From assembly GCA_951406725.2 (NCBI GenBank), contig OX597820.1:62372001-62436000 (forward strand): a stretch of 64,000 bases of DNA, in the 5' to 3' direction. Shown here piece after piece: positions 40,207-53,468 of the stretch. Each line of letters opens with the position of its first letter. Positions within the stretch are counted from its first letter, which is position 1. The notes beneath the pieces are model-generated. The model worked only from the letters and a program-made list of their open reading frames with translations, was not told the DNA's origin and searched no databases. Origin of the DNA: Octopus vulgaris. Taxonomy: Eukaryota. The position numbers and the translations under genes are program-made.

Positions 40207-41415
40207 TTGGGTCATCCCATAAATAATGCGTTTTTTTTCAATTGCATGAACTAAAAGTTGGAGGAGGAAGGGATAAACTACCTAAATCAACTTGCTATAA
40301 AGCAGGCAGTAATTTTATCTTATACTTATTCTTAGTGTAAGTTTTGAAGCGTACAGTTCGAATTTATAAATGGTTATCTTTTTCAAATCTTTAATGGAAC
40401 TGACAAAAGAGCACATTCGACATATTTTGCTTTATGAGTTCAATAAAGGCAACAACGCAACGGAAAGTGCGAGGGATATTCATGTAGTATCTGGGGATCG
40501 GGCAATAAGCGTAAGCCAGTGTCAACGGTGGTTCCGGATATTCCGAGTCGGACACTACAGCTTAGAAGACGAACATCGTCCTGCAAGATCTGTAGAGCTT
40601 GATGAGGACGTCCTGCAAACCCTGGTGGAACAAAATCCCATCATAACTGTTGAGTTGAGGAACTAGCAGAGAAGCTTGAATTTTGTCATTCAACCATTCA
40701 TCGATACCTACGTGCCATCGGAAGACAGCAAATTAGGTCAATGGGTTCCTCACAAACTTTCTGGGTCTAATTGCGCGCAGAGAGTGAATGTGTACCCGTC
40801 TTTGCTGTCACGTCTCAAGAATCACCCTTTTTTTCGATCGAATAGTGACTGGTGACGAGAAATAGTTTTTTTATAAAAATGCCAAGCACTGAAGACATTG
40901 GGTAGGGAAAGAAGCCCCGATACCCCAAGCTAAAGAAGGTATTCACCCACGTAAGGTATTGTTATCTGTTTGGCGGGATATGAATAGTTTAGTCCATTTT
41001 TGAACTTTTAAATCCAAACCAAACAAAAACAAAAGAGATCTACTGCGAGCAGTTTCAGCCGCTCAAGTCAACGCTAAAAGAAAAACGACCAATCTTGGCT
41101 TCAAGACGAAAGGTATTCTTTCATCAGAATAAAACTTGGTCAAGTACAGCGAGAATGATATTCGCCGGACTGACCCCCATCTGATTGCCATTTGTTCCGC
41201 AGTCTTCCAAATCATTTGAATGGAAACCTCATGAATTCTATAGACGAGGTCAGAACTGTACTGGAGAAGTATTCTTCGTCATCGACAAGTGAATTTTTGA
41301 AGTGGGACCTTGCAGAAAATAAAGGAGAGTAAATTTTACATTAAGAATGAATTTTGTGTATCTACATTTTGATAAAGGAAGTATAAAAAAACACGTTCTT
41401 TATTGGATGACCCAT
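40207..41415 (+). mobile_element. Near full-length defective mariner element
   Basis: TIRs TTGGGTCATCCCATAAATAATGCG / CACGTTCTTTATTGGATGACCCAT with TA on both sides; MELTKEHIRHILLYEF HTH region, WVPH, RIVTGDEK, SPD*PPSDCHLF; stops and frameshifts. Confidence 0.95.
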
Positions 41416-41429
41416 TATATATATATGTG

Positions 41430-41515
<86 letters not shown>

Positions 41516-41539
41516 TGAATGTATGTATGTATGTATATG

Positions 41540-41815
41540 TCCCAGTGGTTAGGGTAGCGGACTCGCGGTTTGGATTCTTAGACCGGGCGTTGTGAGTGTT
41601 CATTGAGCGAAAATATCTAAAGCTCCACGAGGCTCCGGCAGGGGATGGTGGCGATCCCTTCTGTACTCTTTCGCCACATATTTTTCTCACTCTTTCTTCT
41701 GTTGGCCTGCTCGCTTACCCAGCGGGGTAGCATCATGTGAAGACTAGTACAACGCGAAGCGCATTGTGACAAACCATGTGTAGCAACATCTGATAGCCTG
41801 GTTGGTCACGGTCAT
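41540..41815 (+). mobile_element. SINE family C, tail type 3
   Basis: Family C head; tail GCGAAGCGCATTGTGAC...CTGGTTGGTCACGG. Confidence 0.8.
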
Positions 41816-43113
41816 GGCGATATATATACATATATATAATACGTGTGTGTGTGCATGTGTGTGGTTACTAGGGTGTCCAGAAAAATACCTAAATCCTAGT
41901 GAGATCAGACCATACCGTCGAATTGTATTTTTAAATATATTTAATATGAAAATAAGAGATTTGAAAGACATAACTTGAGTGCTCTTCAACATTGTTGAAA
42001 TTGATCGTGGCTAACGTTAGGCTAAATAACATAATACAGGTCATGTACTGACCCCAAATACGACGAAATATTTCAATATGTTACTTACTATATCTGTGGG
42101 TTGCAGCCATTCAATCTTTTTTCCAGTTTTCTATAAGTCAAGGAGGTTCTCTGTACGTCTACGCGGTCACTCACCCAGAAGGAAATAGCAGGATATTTCC
42201 CTCAAATCAAACCCTAAGGTTTCAACTAAAGACGTCTGCAGTGGAGGATTCCATCTTGATTACACACAAAGTACGGTTTGTCCACGCGGTGGAAATTATT
42301 TCATCATAAGTCAGTTCAGCCACTGTTGACTCGGGGTTAAACGGCAACAACAACGATAATAACACCCGGCTATTAGTCTACCACAGATATGTATGAAAAC
42401 AGGGATGTCTAAAAGCAACTGTGACATGAACAACATCAGCATCAACATTTAATTCAGATGCTGCAATATCTCTTCGGTTATTCAACTTCTATATTTTTTT
42501 ATCGATTTCTTTTGTTTTTCTATCGATTTTCTTTATGTTTATAAGGAGGAGTTTGCAGAATCGGTAAAACGTCAAACGAAAACTACGTTGTTGTAGTGGT
42601 TATCTCCCTTTACGATTTGGTTACTTTGTAGAATTCGATTTTGCCTTTCCTTCGGAGATCAATAAAATAAGTACAGAGCAATGTACTTGGGTTAAGATAA
42701 TTGATTAAAACACTTGCAATCAGCATCCCACATTAGACGCCGTCTGAAATGATTGAAAAAAAAATAAAATGCTGAAAGAACTTTTGAAAGTTTTTCTCGT
42801 TTTGTCATTCATTCTAAGAGTTACACATATTTTCCAATTTCTTATTGAGAAAGATCACCCAGGAAAGAAAAACGAAATTACATAATGCACATTAATCTTC
42901 CAATGATTCCCGCATATAACTATCTATGTGCCTACAATACCTTGCTTCATATAACAGGCTATCTAGATCTAGTAGTTAGCTGGAAACTTAGAAGTCAATG
43001 CCAAACTCTTCTTTGTGAAAAAGACTGCTTACTCCTCTAAAAATTACTGTATATTAAAGTTAAATTATGTTACGTATGTGTATATCTGTGCGTGTGTATG
43101 TGTGTATGTGCGC

Positions 43114-43161
<48 letters not shown>

Positions 43162-43163
<2 letters not shown>

Positions 43164-43322
43164 TACCGAATAGTAAAGTTTATATGCCAGCAGAAATGTG
43201 GCAGTCCTATAAAGGACGCTGTTACTGTTGTTTTAATCATCCTTTATAGGACTGCCAAATTCTGCTGACGTATAAACTTTACTTTTCGTTACTGCTACTG
43301 TATATCTCTCGCTCAGAGATTT
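43162..43322. repeat. Small foldback (~130 bp) with one-sided tail
   Basis: AGTAAAGTTTATATGCCAGCAGAA...GGCAGTCCTATAAAGGA / TCCTTTATAGGACTGCC...TTCTGCTGACGTATAAACTTTACT; tail ACTGTATATCTCTCGCTCAGAGA. Confidence 0.9.
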
Positions 43323-43367
43323 AAAACAAATAGTTTTTTATATATACATATTTTTTATATATACATA

Positions 43368-43736
43368 TGGCACTCCGTCTGTTCCGACGACAAGGGTTCC
43401 AGTTGATCCGATCAACGGAACAGCCTGCTCGTGAAATTAAAGTGAAAGTGTCTGAGCACTTCACAGACACGTGTACCATTAATGTAATGTTTCAGCGTCA
43501 CACGAAGTGTGACAAAGCTGGCCCTTTGAAATACAGATGCCACAGAAACAGGAAGAAAGGTATAGAAAAATGTGTGGTGAAAGAGTATAGCAGAGTTCGC
43601 CACCACCCCTGCCGGAGCCTCGTGTAGCTTTAGGAGTTTTCGCTCAATAAACACTCACAACGCCCGGTCTGAGAATCGAAACCGCGATCCTACGACCACG
43701 AGTCCGCTGTCCTAATCACTGGGCCACTGCGTCTCC
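43368..43736 (-). mobile_element. SINE family C, tail type 1
   Basis: Reverse complement of the 26729-27070 type. Confidence 0.88.
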
Positions 43737-44072
43737 TGGACTCTCCCGACGAGACGGCGTATTAACGTTCAGATTTTGTCGAACGACCTTCACAACTAAT
43801 TTGTTTATAATGATCAAATATTTGTGTCGCACATTAACTCACTCTCGCCATCATATCGACGCTGTCTGAGCAGGCGCAGTGTGTACCACGTGTCAGTTGT
43901 TGAAGTGATTACAAAGCAATGCGAGATGAAGTGATATGTTCAAGTACGCAACGCAACATCCGGTATATGATTTGAAATCACGATCACCGGATCATGAGTG
44001 TAACATGCTAACCATTAGACCATGTGTCCTCACTCACGCATACACACATACTAACGCACAGACACACACTAT

Positions 44073-44146
<74 letters not shown>

Positions 44147-44429
44147 CAGAGAGTGAGAGAGAGAGAGAGATTAGACATTGTGACAATCAACACAGAACAC
44201 GATGAGAGCCAATGATTTTAAGAGAGGATACGCGCTAAGCATATAGGGACACGGAAAACTCCTGGTTGTACTCCATATGGATATTTCGGGACTATGGAGC
44301 CAACTTTCTCAAAACGTCATGAAGCATCTTTCGGAGGGCCAATCCTTATTTACCTAGAATTCGTGATTGCCAACTCCATCTCCGCAAGAACCGGCACACG
44401 CTCTCCTAGGGCGCAAAATTCATCTATAC

Positions 44430-44818
44430 TCTTTTACTTGTTTCAGTCACTTGACTGTGGCCATGCTGGAGCACCACATTTAGTCGAACAAATCAACTCC
44501 AGGACTTATTCTTTGTAAGCCTTGTACTTATTCTACCGGTGTCTTTTGCCGAACTGCTAAAGTTACGGAAACGTAAACACACCACCATCGGTTGTCAAGC
44601 GATGTTGGGGGCCAAACACAGACACAGACACACACACACAAACACACACACACACGATGGGCTTCTTTCAGTTTTCGTCTACCAAATCCACTCACAAGGC
44701 ATTGGTCGGCCCGAGGCTATAGTAGAAGACACTTGCCCAAGGTGCCACGCAGTGGGGCTGAACCCAGAACCATGTGGTTGGAAAGTCAGCTTACTTACCA
44801 CACAGCCACTCCTACGCT
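44430..44818 (-). mobile_element. SINE family B
   Basis: Full-length match to other copies. Confidence 0.9.
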
Positions 44819-44822
44819 TATA

Positions 44823-45395
44823 AAAAATATTTTTAATTGCTTCTCTGTATTTAAGTCTCTATTTGTCTGTTAAGTCCACGAGGTTGTTTACCATAGCGAT
44901 ACCACTTACTTTATTTTTATTTCTTTCAGGAAAAATATTCACTAGTTTATTGTTACTACTAGAAATAGTCCCTGTCAATGTACTTTAAGATTTGGCCACT
45001 GATAACCATGGTCTAACTGGCCCCCACAGAACTGTCAGTATTCAGTCACTGCTGTCCTTAGGGATGAAAACCTACTGACGTGTCGGTCATTAGTAAACAA
45101 TAAATATTATCACTAAAATACTTTACATTCCACCAAATAAATGTAAACACGCTAACATTTTGTCTCTCCTATCGCGAGCAATACTCAATGTAAAAAACTG
45201 GTGTCGCTAAATATATCACCCACAAAATTCCGTCTGCTGCACCACGTAGAAAGAAGTAAAAATATAGTAAGTAGTGTAGCTATGATAAACAACCTCGTGG
45301 ACTTAACTGACAAAAGGGGATCTTAAATACAGAGAAGCAATTAAAAAATATTTTTTTTTACCTTCTTTCAAATTTTATTCACTGTATCTCAGAAT
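44823..45395. mobile_element. Foldback/MITE-like element with ~105-bp imperfect inverted arms
   Basis: TTTTTAATTGCTTCTCTGTATTTAAG...GTTAAGTCCACGAGGTTGTTTA / TAAACAACCTCGTGGACTTAAC...CTTAAATACAGAGAAGCAATTAAAAA. Confidence 0.85.
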
Positions 45396-47634
45396 ATTTG
45401 ATGATAGGTGCAGGTGCCTAACGCTCACGAAACATTATGTAATGTAGAACTGAGTCAAACTGTTATTAAATATATGTAATCAAACTGAAATGGTTGAGTG
45501 CTACTTATTTTCGCTTGGACCATTACGCGTCAGTGTGTGTATTGTATATATGTGTATGTATGTGTGTGTGTGCGCGTGTGGCAGCGAGCTAGCCGGACTG
45601 ACAGTACGCCTGCCATTTTGCCGGTCTTTGCCTCCCGAGTTCAAAATAACGCCAAGCTCGATTTTGACTTTCATTCTTTCGGGGTCAATAAAATAAGTTT
45701 CAGTTGAATACCTGGGTTCGATGTGATCGATTTACCCTCTATCTCGAACCTTGTACCAAAATTTGAAATCCATATCTGTGTGTGTGTGTGTGTGTTTCTG
45801 GCGTGACGGTATTAACGCTTGTTTTATGTACAGCTATAAATAAAAAGAGTTATATGTGCGTACGATTGAAATACGAGTCAATATCTTTTGTAGAGCACTG
45901 TATGCATTAATTTGTACAAGGAAAACATTCACTGCACCTTCGATGTTTCAGTTTTATTAACCATCTGCTGACGGTTCGTGAGTCGATACTTCAAAGTCAC
46001 TCCCACTTCTCACCTTCTCCTTATAAATATATATACACACATCAAGCTTAGTTTCGCAACGTGTACAGCAGCCATTGTTACTCGACTCCCAGGCTCAATA
46101 TGTTACAAAAAAGTATGTGTGAAGTCGTTTGATCAGATATTAATTGGGAAAATAATTAATTATTATAGGAGCAGCAATACGGAATAAACAGCACCAGCCG
46201 GAACAGTAACAATAACTTTGGCCATATCGTTATTTTTGCTTCTCGCCAATATTAATATATGATTAACATTATCATCTCAGTTATTACTAATATAACTACA
46301 GACTGTAAATCTAATGGCAACGACAATAATTGCAATAAATATAATGCTAACAGCATGTGCGCATCCGAAACTGTAGGGTAAAAAGCTTCCTATGTAACAC
46401 AACGTTTTGGGTTCAATCCTAATGTGCAGTATCTTGAGCAAGTAACATATTCAAATTTGAGTGTTTACCAAAACATTTTGCGTTAATTTGAGACATGGAA
46501 GCAAGGCACGTGGTTGATACACACACACACACACACATACACACACGACACTCGCACACGCACACACACATACCGTACATACACACACGCGTATATATGT
46601 GCGTATGTGTGTGTGTGTTAGTCAGAAAGGAACGTAGTTCTTATGGCCCCTCAGAGGCCCATCAGGACTAGTGGTTGGGGAACGAATGGAAAAAGTTATC
46701 GGCAGACCCACAGCCTAATCTAAATGCTTGGAACACAGTCGTTTCCTCTGAAGGCATACACGCTGCAAACTGATGGTGCTAAACTGATAGCATACATCAA
46801 AGGTGCGAAGCTCGTTTGGCTTTGCAGACTGCATCTTAGTATAGACTAGATCTCACGATACGGATTGGTGTATAAACCTAAATATTGTAAATCCGAATAA
46901 AGTATAAACTAGATCGCGCGAATGGAATAGAGAAAGCTAGTTCTAAAAATTAACATTCAAGGCCAAAGTAACAGGATTTAGGGGTCAATATACCTTATTA
47001 ACAATTTTATTACCAATAAAGAGAGGAACGAGTTTGAGGTTTTAGAAATGTTTCTGAGCAAAATGTGTAAAAAGGAATAATCCCATGGCATATATACAAT
47101 TCTATTAATTGTTCTTACAGGGAGAAATGAGACGTACATTGTCCACATGAATGAACACAGTTCTACAGAAGACAACTGATTAGTCGAAAATATCCTTCGT
47201 TTCTTCCGACTCACAATTGCTTACATTTGAAAAGAGAGAAATAAATCATATCTTTTATTATGTGGATCTCTAAGTTTATTTCTAATTGGTTGAACTAACA
47301 AACGGTGCATTTATTTCACTAACGAGAATATATACTGATATATACTGAATAGAATATATCTCAGGCTTTAAAATCATAAACGCTTGTGATATATACTGTA
47401 TAGAATATTTCAAGCTTTAAAATAATAATAAAATTTGATAAATATAACCTTGCCGGTTTACACAAACTCGGATACATCTAAACTGGTCCGTATAATTTTT
47501 AATAATTACATGCGCCAGTATAATGCCCTCACATCCTTTCGGAAATAATTCCAAATGTTTTATATATACCATTTTAAAAGAATACGATTATAACATCAAA
47601 TTCAAAAGTTGAAATTTGGTGTGTATGTGTGTGG

Positions 47635-48070
47635 GGGTGTTAAGTTGATTACATCGACCCCTGTACTCAACTAGTACTTAATTTATCGACTCGAAATATC
47701 GCTAAGAATTTTGTCGAGTGTGCTAACGATTCTTTTCTACTCTAAGCACAAGGCTCGATATTTTCGGGGAAGAGACCAATCGATTAAGTCGATCCATTAC
47801 GCAACTGGTACTTAATTTATCCACCCCGAAAGGATGAAAGGCAAAGTCGACCGCGGCGGAATTTGTACTCAGAACATAAAGATAGACGAAATACCATTTT
47901 CTTCACTGCCCACAAGGAGCTACACACAGTGGGAAGAATCAAGGACAGACAAACGGATTAAGTCGATTATATCGACCCCAGTGCGGAATTTGAATTCACT
48001 ACGGAACGGTTGACGAAATACCACTAAGCATTTCGCCCGGAGTGCTAACGATTCTCCCAGCTTGTCACCC
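47635..48070 (-). mobile_element. Compound SINE family A
   Basis: Nested partial family A modules. Confidence 0.8.
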
Positions 48071-49631
48071 TCCCAATAATAGCATACAGCTATTATAGTG
48101 TATATAAAATTGGCAGTTTGTATTACAATATATGTGATGATAATGTTAATAGATTAATTAGTTTGTAGTGTACTATAGAGTATTTTTGGATAGCCTGAAA
48201 TATATAAAAAAAATTAAATTAAAAATGCAACATATCAACCGTGAAATTCCTCGTTGCTACCACCGGAGGATCAGCGACAACACATCAGACCTCATTGGAT
48301 TTTGGGGCATTTAAATATTCTACATTACTGCCTTGTTGGCCAGTGCTGCATTTCGACGGTCTACTCAGTGGAATATACATCTTTTCCAATAAAAAAAAAA
48401 CGGGTATTTGGCGAACTGAAAGTGTGATTACCAGGTCGGATCAACATCCTCAGGGTTTTTAAACCGGTTCTGTATGATCTGAGTTCAAGTCTCACCCATG
48501 ACAATTAATTTTCATTCTTCCATGTCAAACAATAAAATAACAGACTGACAGAATCATTAATGTTTCTTCAGTGTTCGTGCTTTCATCTTGCTTTCTGGGT
48601 TAAAATCCTGCCATTGTAGATTCTCTGTTGAAGAACACGATTGATTTGAACGTACCACCCACCCTCTCAGTCTCTGACTGCTTTCATCTTTTACTTTTTA
48701 CTTATTTTAGTCATTAGGTTGTGGCCATGCCGGAGCATCGCCTTGAAGAGTTTAGTGGAAGAAGTTTTGTCTTAGATCTAGTATTTATTCTCTTTCTCTG
48801 CTGAATTGTCAACTAATGAGAACGTAAACAAACTAACACCGTTCTTAAAGTGATGTTGAGACAAGCTCAGAGGCCCACACACACAATGAGCTTCCAAATC
48901 CGTCTCTCAAATCTACTTATAAGGCTTTGGTCGGCCCGCTGCCATAATAGAAGGTGGTAAACCCTAAACTGTGTGATTGGAAAGCGAGCTTTTTAACAAC
49001 AGATCTATGCCTGCGCCAAAATAAAGCCAGAAAATTATATATCATTAGACACATTGCGAAAAGTTTTATGTAGATAGAATTTTGAATATACATTCATATT
49101 TATTATACTGTCTCTTGTTTTTGTCTAAATTGGTTTTGTTTATCTCAACATATTTTGTAGCACATTTATTAAAATGCATTTTCCGTGTTATTGATGTTGC
49201 TGCTTTTGTAGTTGTCGTTCTATAGCACCTGGTCAGCTCCGATCAGGTAAAAATCAATGGATAAAGACCAATAATAACACAAAAATAACAATACTAACAA
49301 GAACAATACCGAACTTTACCAATATTATTTATATCAGTTTCAAAATATGTCACAAAGCCAGAAATTTCGGGTGAAAAGTAAGTCGATTACATCGACCCCA
49401 GTGTTCAACTGGTACTTATTTTATCGACCCAGAAAATATGAAAGTTCAAAGTCGACCTCGGCAGAATTTGAACTCAGAACGCAAAGACGGACTAAATGGT
49501 TATCAGCTTTAAGAAATGTTAAAAATATTGCCACCGCTGCTGCTAATTTTATTAAAGTTAATACTACCACGAATGCAGTCAAATACTGTAGTGTGAACCT
49601 GTATTTTATGACCTTTTAATCGGGAAAAAAG

Positions 49632-49922
49632 TGGAGGCATATGGCCTAGTGGTTAGACCAGCGGACCCGCGGTCGAGGGATCGCAGGTTCGAATCTCAGA
49701 CCGGGCGATGTGTGTGTTTATGAGCGAAACACCTAAGCTCCGGCAGAAGGTAATGGCAAACTTCTGCTGACTCTTTCGCCACAACTTTCTCTCATTCTTT
49801 CCTCCCGCATCGTGCACCTCACCTGCGCCGGACCGGTGTCTCGTCCAGGTGGGGAATCTAAACGCCAAGGACACCGGGAAACCGGCCCTATGAGACAGGC
49901 GTGGCTCGAGAAGGAACAAACA
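49632..49922 (+). mobile_element. SINE family C-like head, tail type 4
   Basis: Head TGGCCTAGTGGTTAG...GGTTCGAATCTC; tail CTCGTCCAGGTGGGGAA...GGCTCGAGAAGGAAC. Confidence 0.8.
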
Positions 49923-51139
49923 ATCGGGAAGAAAACAGGTACTACGACCATTCCAAAGGTCTCTAAAAATGGAAGGATGCAGAGACGAATCATAGGAGGG
50001 AGAGACGAAAGTGTCCTAAAACCGTAGAACTAGTCTCATTACCTGTAACAGAGTGAACTCCGTTAAATGCAGCCAGGGTAACGGTATTACAATGGAACAT
50101 GGCGGAATTTGAACGCAAAACACAAATGATGCCAGGCGTCCGGTCGGTCATGTTTATAATCCCACCGCTTCAATGCTTTTCTATTGAGCATGAAATGATG
50201 TAAGACAAGGGTGAAATTCGTGGGATTTGAAACTTAGTTTCGTATTAATAATGGTTATACTGAAAGCAGCAACGACAATAAAAAGTAATTAGAATATTGA
50301 GTTAAATGACAAGAAAGTCAATCAAGACAATTGCAGCATCACCAATAATTAATTTTCACAGACGTTATAGAAACAAATAGCGTATTCATACAGACGTACA
50401 CACGCACACACACACACATAACATAAACATGCACATATCCGAGCACATGCAGGCAACAAATCATAACCACATGCACATATGAAGTCATACACACACATAC
50501 ACGCACGCATGCTCCGACACACATATGCGCGCACGGAATCATAATCATAATGAGAGAGTGAACGAGAGAGAGACAGAGACAGACACGTAACAAATCACAG
50601 AAAAAACACCAAATACAAGAAGAGCAGTGGAAATATTAAACAAACTAGTAACAAACAAATAAAACAAAATAAAATCAACTATAACAAGTATAACAATACT
50701 AACAAGAACAATACGGAACTTTACAAATGTTACTAATATTGCCGCTGCTGTTTCTGCTGTTTGTATTAAACTTAATACTATCATCGCTAATGTAGTCGAA
50801 TAATTACTGCAACAATTGTTGGATCGTGTGTCGTTACAAAAACGTGTTTGGTGGTGGAAACTTGAAGCAGACGTTAACAGACAAAAGCACAAAAAAATAA
50901 ATAAACAATGACAAAAAGATGGCAGTCATCGAGGTAGAATCTAGAAGGACGCTTGATATGCTAGAAGTAGTAATCTGTTCTCCCTTATATCATACTTTAT
51001 TTTTCTAGATGGAGTTAAATCGCATTGGATAATGCAGTCCTAAATGTCCAGGAAAAGGCGAGATATGTATTGGCTGAAATGTCTGTTTTGTCGATTTTTT
51101 AACTAATTCGAAGCTATACAACAGCAACAACAACAGCAG

Positions 51140-51650
51140 TGGAGGCGCAATAGCCCAGTGGTTAGGGCAGCGGACTCGCGGTCGTAAGAACGCGGTTTCG
51201 ATTCCCAGACCGGACATTGTGAGTGTTTATTGAAAAAAAAAACCACCTGAGCTTGAAGAAGCGTTAGCACGCTGGGCGAAATGCTTAGCGGTATTTTGTT
51301 TGTTTTTACGTTCTGAGTTCAAATTCCGCCGAGGTCAACTTTGTCTTTCATCATTTCGGAGTCGATAAATCAAGTACCAGTTGCGTACTGAGGTTGATCT
51401 AATTCACTGGCCCCTTCCCCAAAAGTTCGGGCCTTGTGCCTAGAGTAGAAAAGAATAGTTGGCACGACGGCAAAAGGCCAAACAACATTTTGTCTGCATT
51501 TACGTTCTGAGATCAAATTTCGCTGAGGTCGACTCTGCCTTTCATTCTTTCGGTTTTGATAAAATAAGTATCAGTTGAACATTGGAGTCAATGTAATTGA
51601 TTCAGCCCCTCCCCTAAAATTGCTGGCCTTGAGCAAAAATTTGAAACCGA
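51140..51650 (+). mobile_element. SINE cluster: family C head followed by two family A-type copies
   Basis: C head at 51140-51232; A modules at 51258-51455 and 51460-51650. Confidence 0.8.
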
Positions 51651-51774
51651 TATAGAATGCCGTATAAGAAGATGAATAACGCATAAGCCAAGTCTGCCAC
51701 TTCAAGTGATTGACAAAATACCAGCCAGACATCGATCAGAGACATTTCTGAATGAGGAAAGCAAAATCGCTTAC

Positions 51775-51819
51775 TATTTTTAGTGAAGCATAGATAGATA
51801 ACTTTCTTCTTTTCTCATT
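51775..51819 (-). CDS. Candidate 45-nt exon NEKRRKLSIYASLKI (phase 0-0)
   Basis: ttttgcttgatttctttatgtcag|AATGAG...AAAATA|gtaagc; open only in phase 0. Confidence 0.4.
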
Positions 51820-52027
51820 CTGACATAAAGAAATCAAGCAAAAGTTATAAAACTCTTGGTTGCAAAACACTGCAAACCAGATTTCTTCTCGACCAGTTGG
51901 TTCATATTCAAAAAAGGCCTTTTGTAAGCAACGTTGGTGAATGCAAAACTTATTTTTCTCTCTTTGATCGCTTGGTAAAGTGTGTGTGTGTATGTGTGTG
52001 AGTGTGTGCGTGTGTGTGTGTGCATGT

Positions 52028-52395
52028 GAGGGAGAGAGAGAGGAAGGAAGAGAGAGCGAAAGGGAGAGAAAGGAGAGAGTGAGCAGATATGCTTGCGTAG
52101 GGTGTGTGTGTGTGTTTGTGTGTGTGAGAGAGAGAGGAAGGAAGAGAGAGCGAAGGGAGAGAAAGGAGAGTAGACATGCTTGCGTAGAGTGTGTGTATGT
52201 ATGTGTGTGTGTGTGTGAGAGAGAGAGAGAAGGAAGAGAGAGCAAAAGGGGCAGAAAAGAGAAAGTGTGTAGATATGCTTGCGTAGAGTGTGTGTATGTG
52301 TGTGTGTGTCCGTGTGTGTATGTGGGGGAGAGAGAAGACAGAAGAGACAGCGAAAGGGAGAGAAAGGAGATAGTGAGTAGATATGCTTGCGTAGT
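52028..52395. repeat. Minisatellite, 4 units of ~80-110 bp
   Basis: (AG)-rich segment + AGATATGCTTGCGTAG + (GT)n repeated four times. Confidence 0.9.
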
Positions 52396-52549
52396 GCGTG
52401 AGTATATATGTGTGCGTGTGTATGTGTGTGTGTGTATGTGTGAAGATGTATTTGTCAGTGCGTTCTTGTGTATGACTTTGTTGCTCTTATTGCTATGGCA
52501 GTGGTTGATGATGTTATGCTCTTTTTCTATATTCGCATGGAAGACTTAC

Positions 52550-52574
52550 AAACGCGTGAAGTTTACCCCAAGAC
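52550..52574 (-). CDS. Candidate 25-nt microexon
   Basis: actttcctatcctttccag|GTCTTGGGGTAAACTTCACGCGTTT|gtaagt; TGCATG about 50 nt upstream. Confidence 0.4.
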
Positions 52575-53108
52575 CTGGAAAGGATAGGAAAGTCCTATGC
52601 AAAGGTATATCATATTTATGTTTGCATGCATACATGTTTCTTTTCAATATGACCACTTTGTTGAAGCAGCCGATATGAAAATGAAACAAAGTGGAAACAA
52701 GAAAAAAAAAATTAATTAAGGACATAAATACTTCGCAAAAACAAAATGGAAATTTCAAACAAAAACAATAATATCAACTTTAACATTTACAGAAAATAAA
52801 GAAAACTTTGAGTGGATATCCTTGATAAAGCATGTGCGTAATTGGAAACAATTGCGACAGTTTGGCATTTGCAATGGCAATAATGCCGATACCGTTGAAA
52901 GCTGAAACGATACAGCCTTTGAAATGAGTCAAAAATCAGCTGTTGCAATAACGATGGTCGGCCATATCGAAGCTTTCGAAAGACTCACACTCATCGGGTC
53001 CTTTGCATTAAGCAGTTACCATCGTGGTTAGATATGATCGGGATGGCAGTTTTGTATTCTCCCCATAATATTACTGAAAACAGACGCCAAATACTTTTTC
53101 CTTTATTT

Positions 53109-53468
53109 ATAGTTATCGCCAAGCTAATACGGCAGTCCAGAAATATAGGATGAATGCTGCCGTTGATTAGTTCTAAGAGGCCATCGCCTCTAGCTAGCTA
53201 TGTGACACACGAACCTGTGTCCATTATAACCTTCGAACAGGGGAGGTCAGGCATCTGCAAGCGGTTGACCTCCCCTCTTCGAAGGTTATAATGGACACAG
53301 GTTCGTGTGTAATATAGCTAGCTAGAGGCGATGGCCTCTTGGAGCTAGTCAACGGCAGCATTTGTCCTATATTTCTGGACTGCCATATTAGCTTGGTGAT
53401 AACTATTAATATTCAGTACCGCTGCGGTAGTCTCCTTTAGAGAGACTTAGAAATATTAATATTTCTAC
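53109..53468. mobile_element. Foldback element (~140-bp arms, short loop) with one-sided tail; same family as 26197-26627
   Basis: 53109-53250 is the reverse complement of 53266-53406; tail 53405-53468 aligns with the 67-bp direct repeat at 26561. Confidence 0.92.

Noticed and set aside
46980-47220. RTE RT C-terminal relic (similar weak case at 3470-3670)
   Set aside because: Motif similarity is too weak to support by eye.
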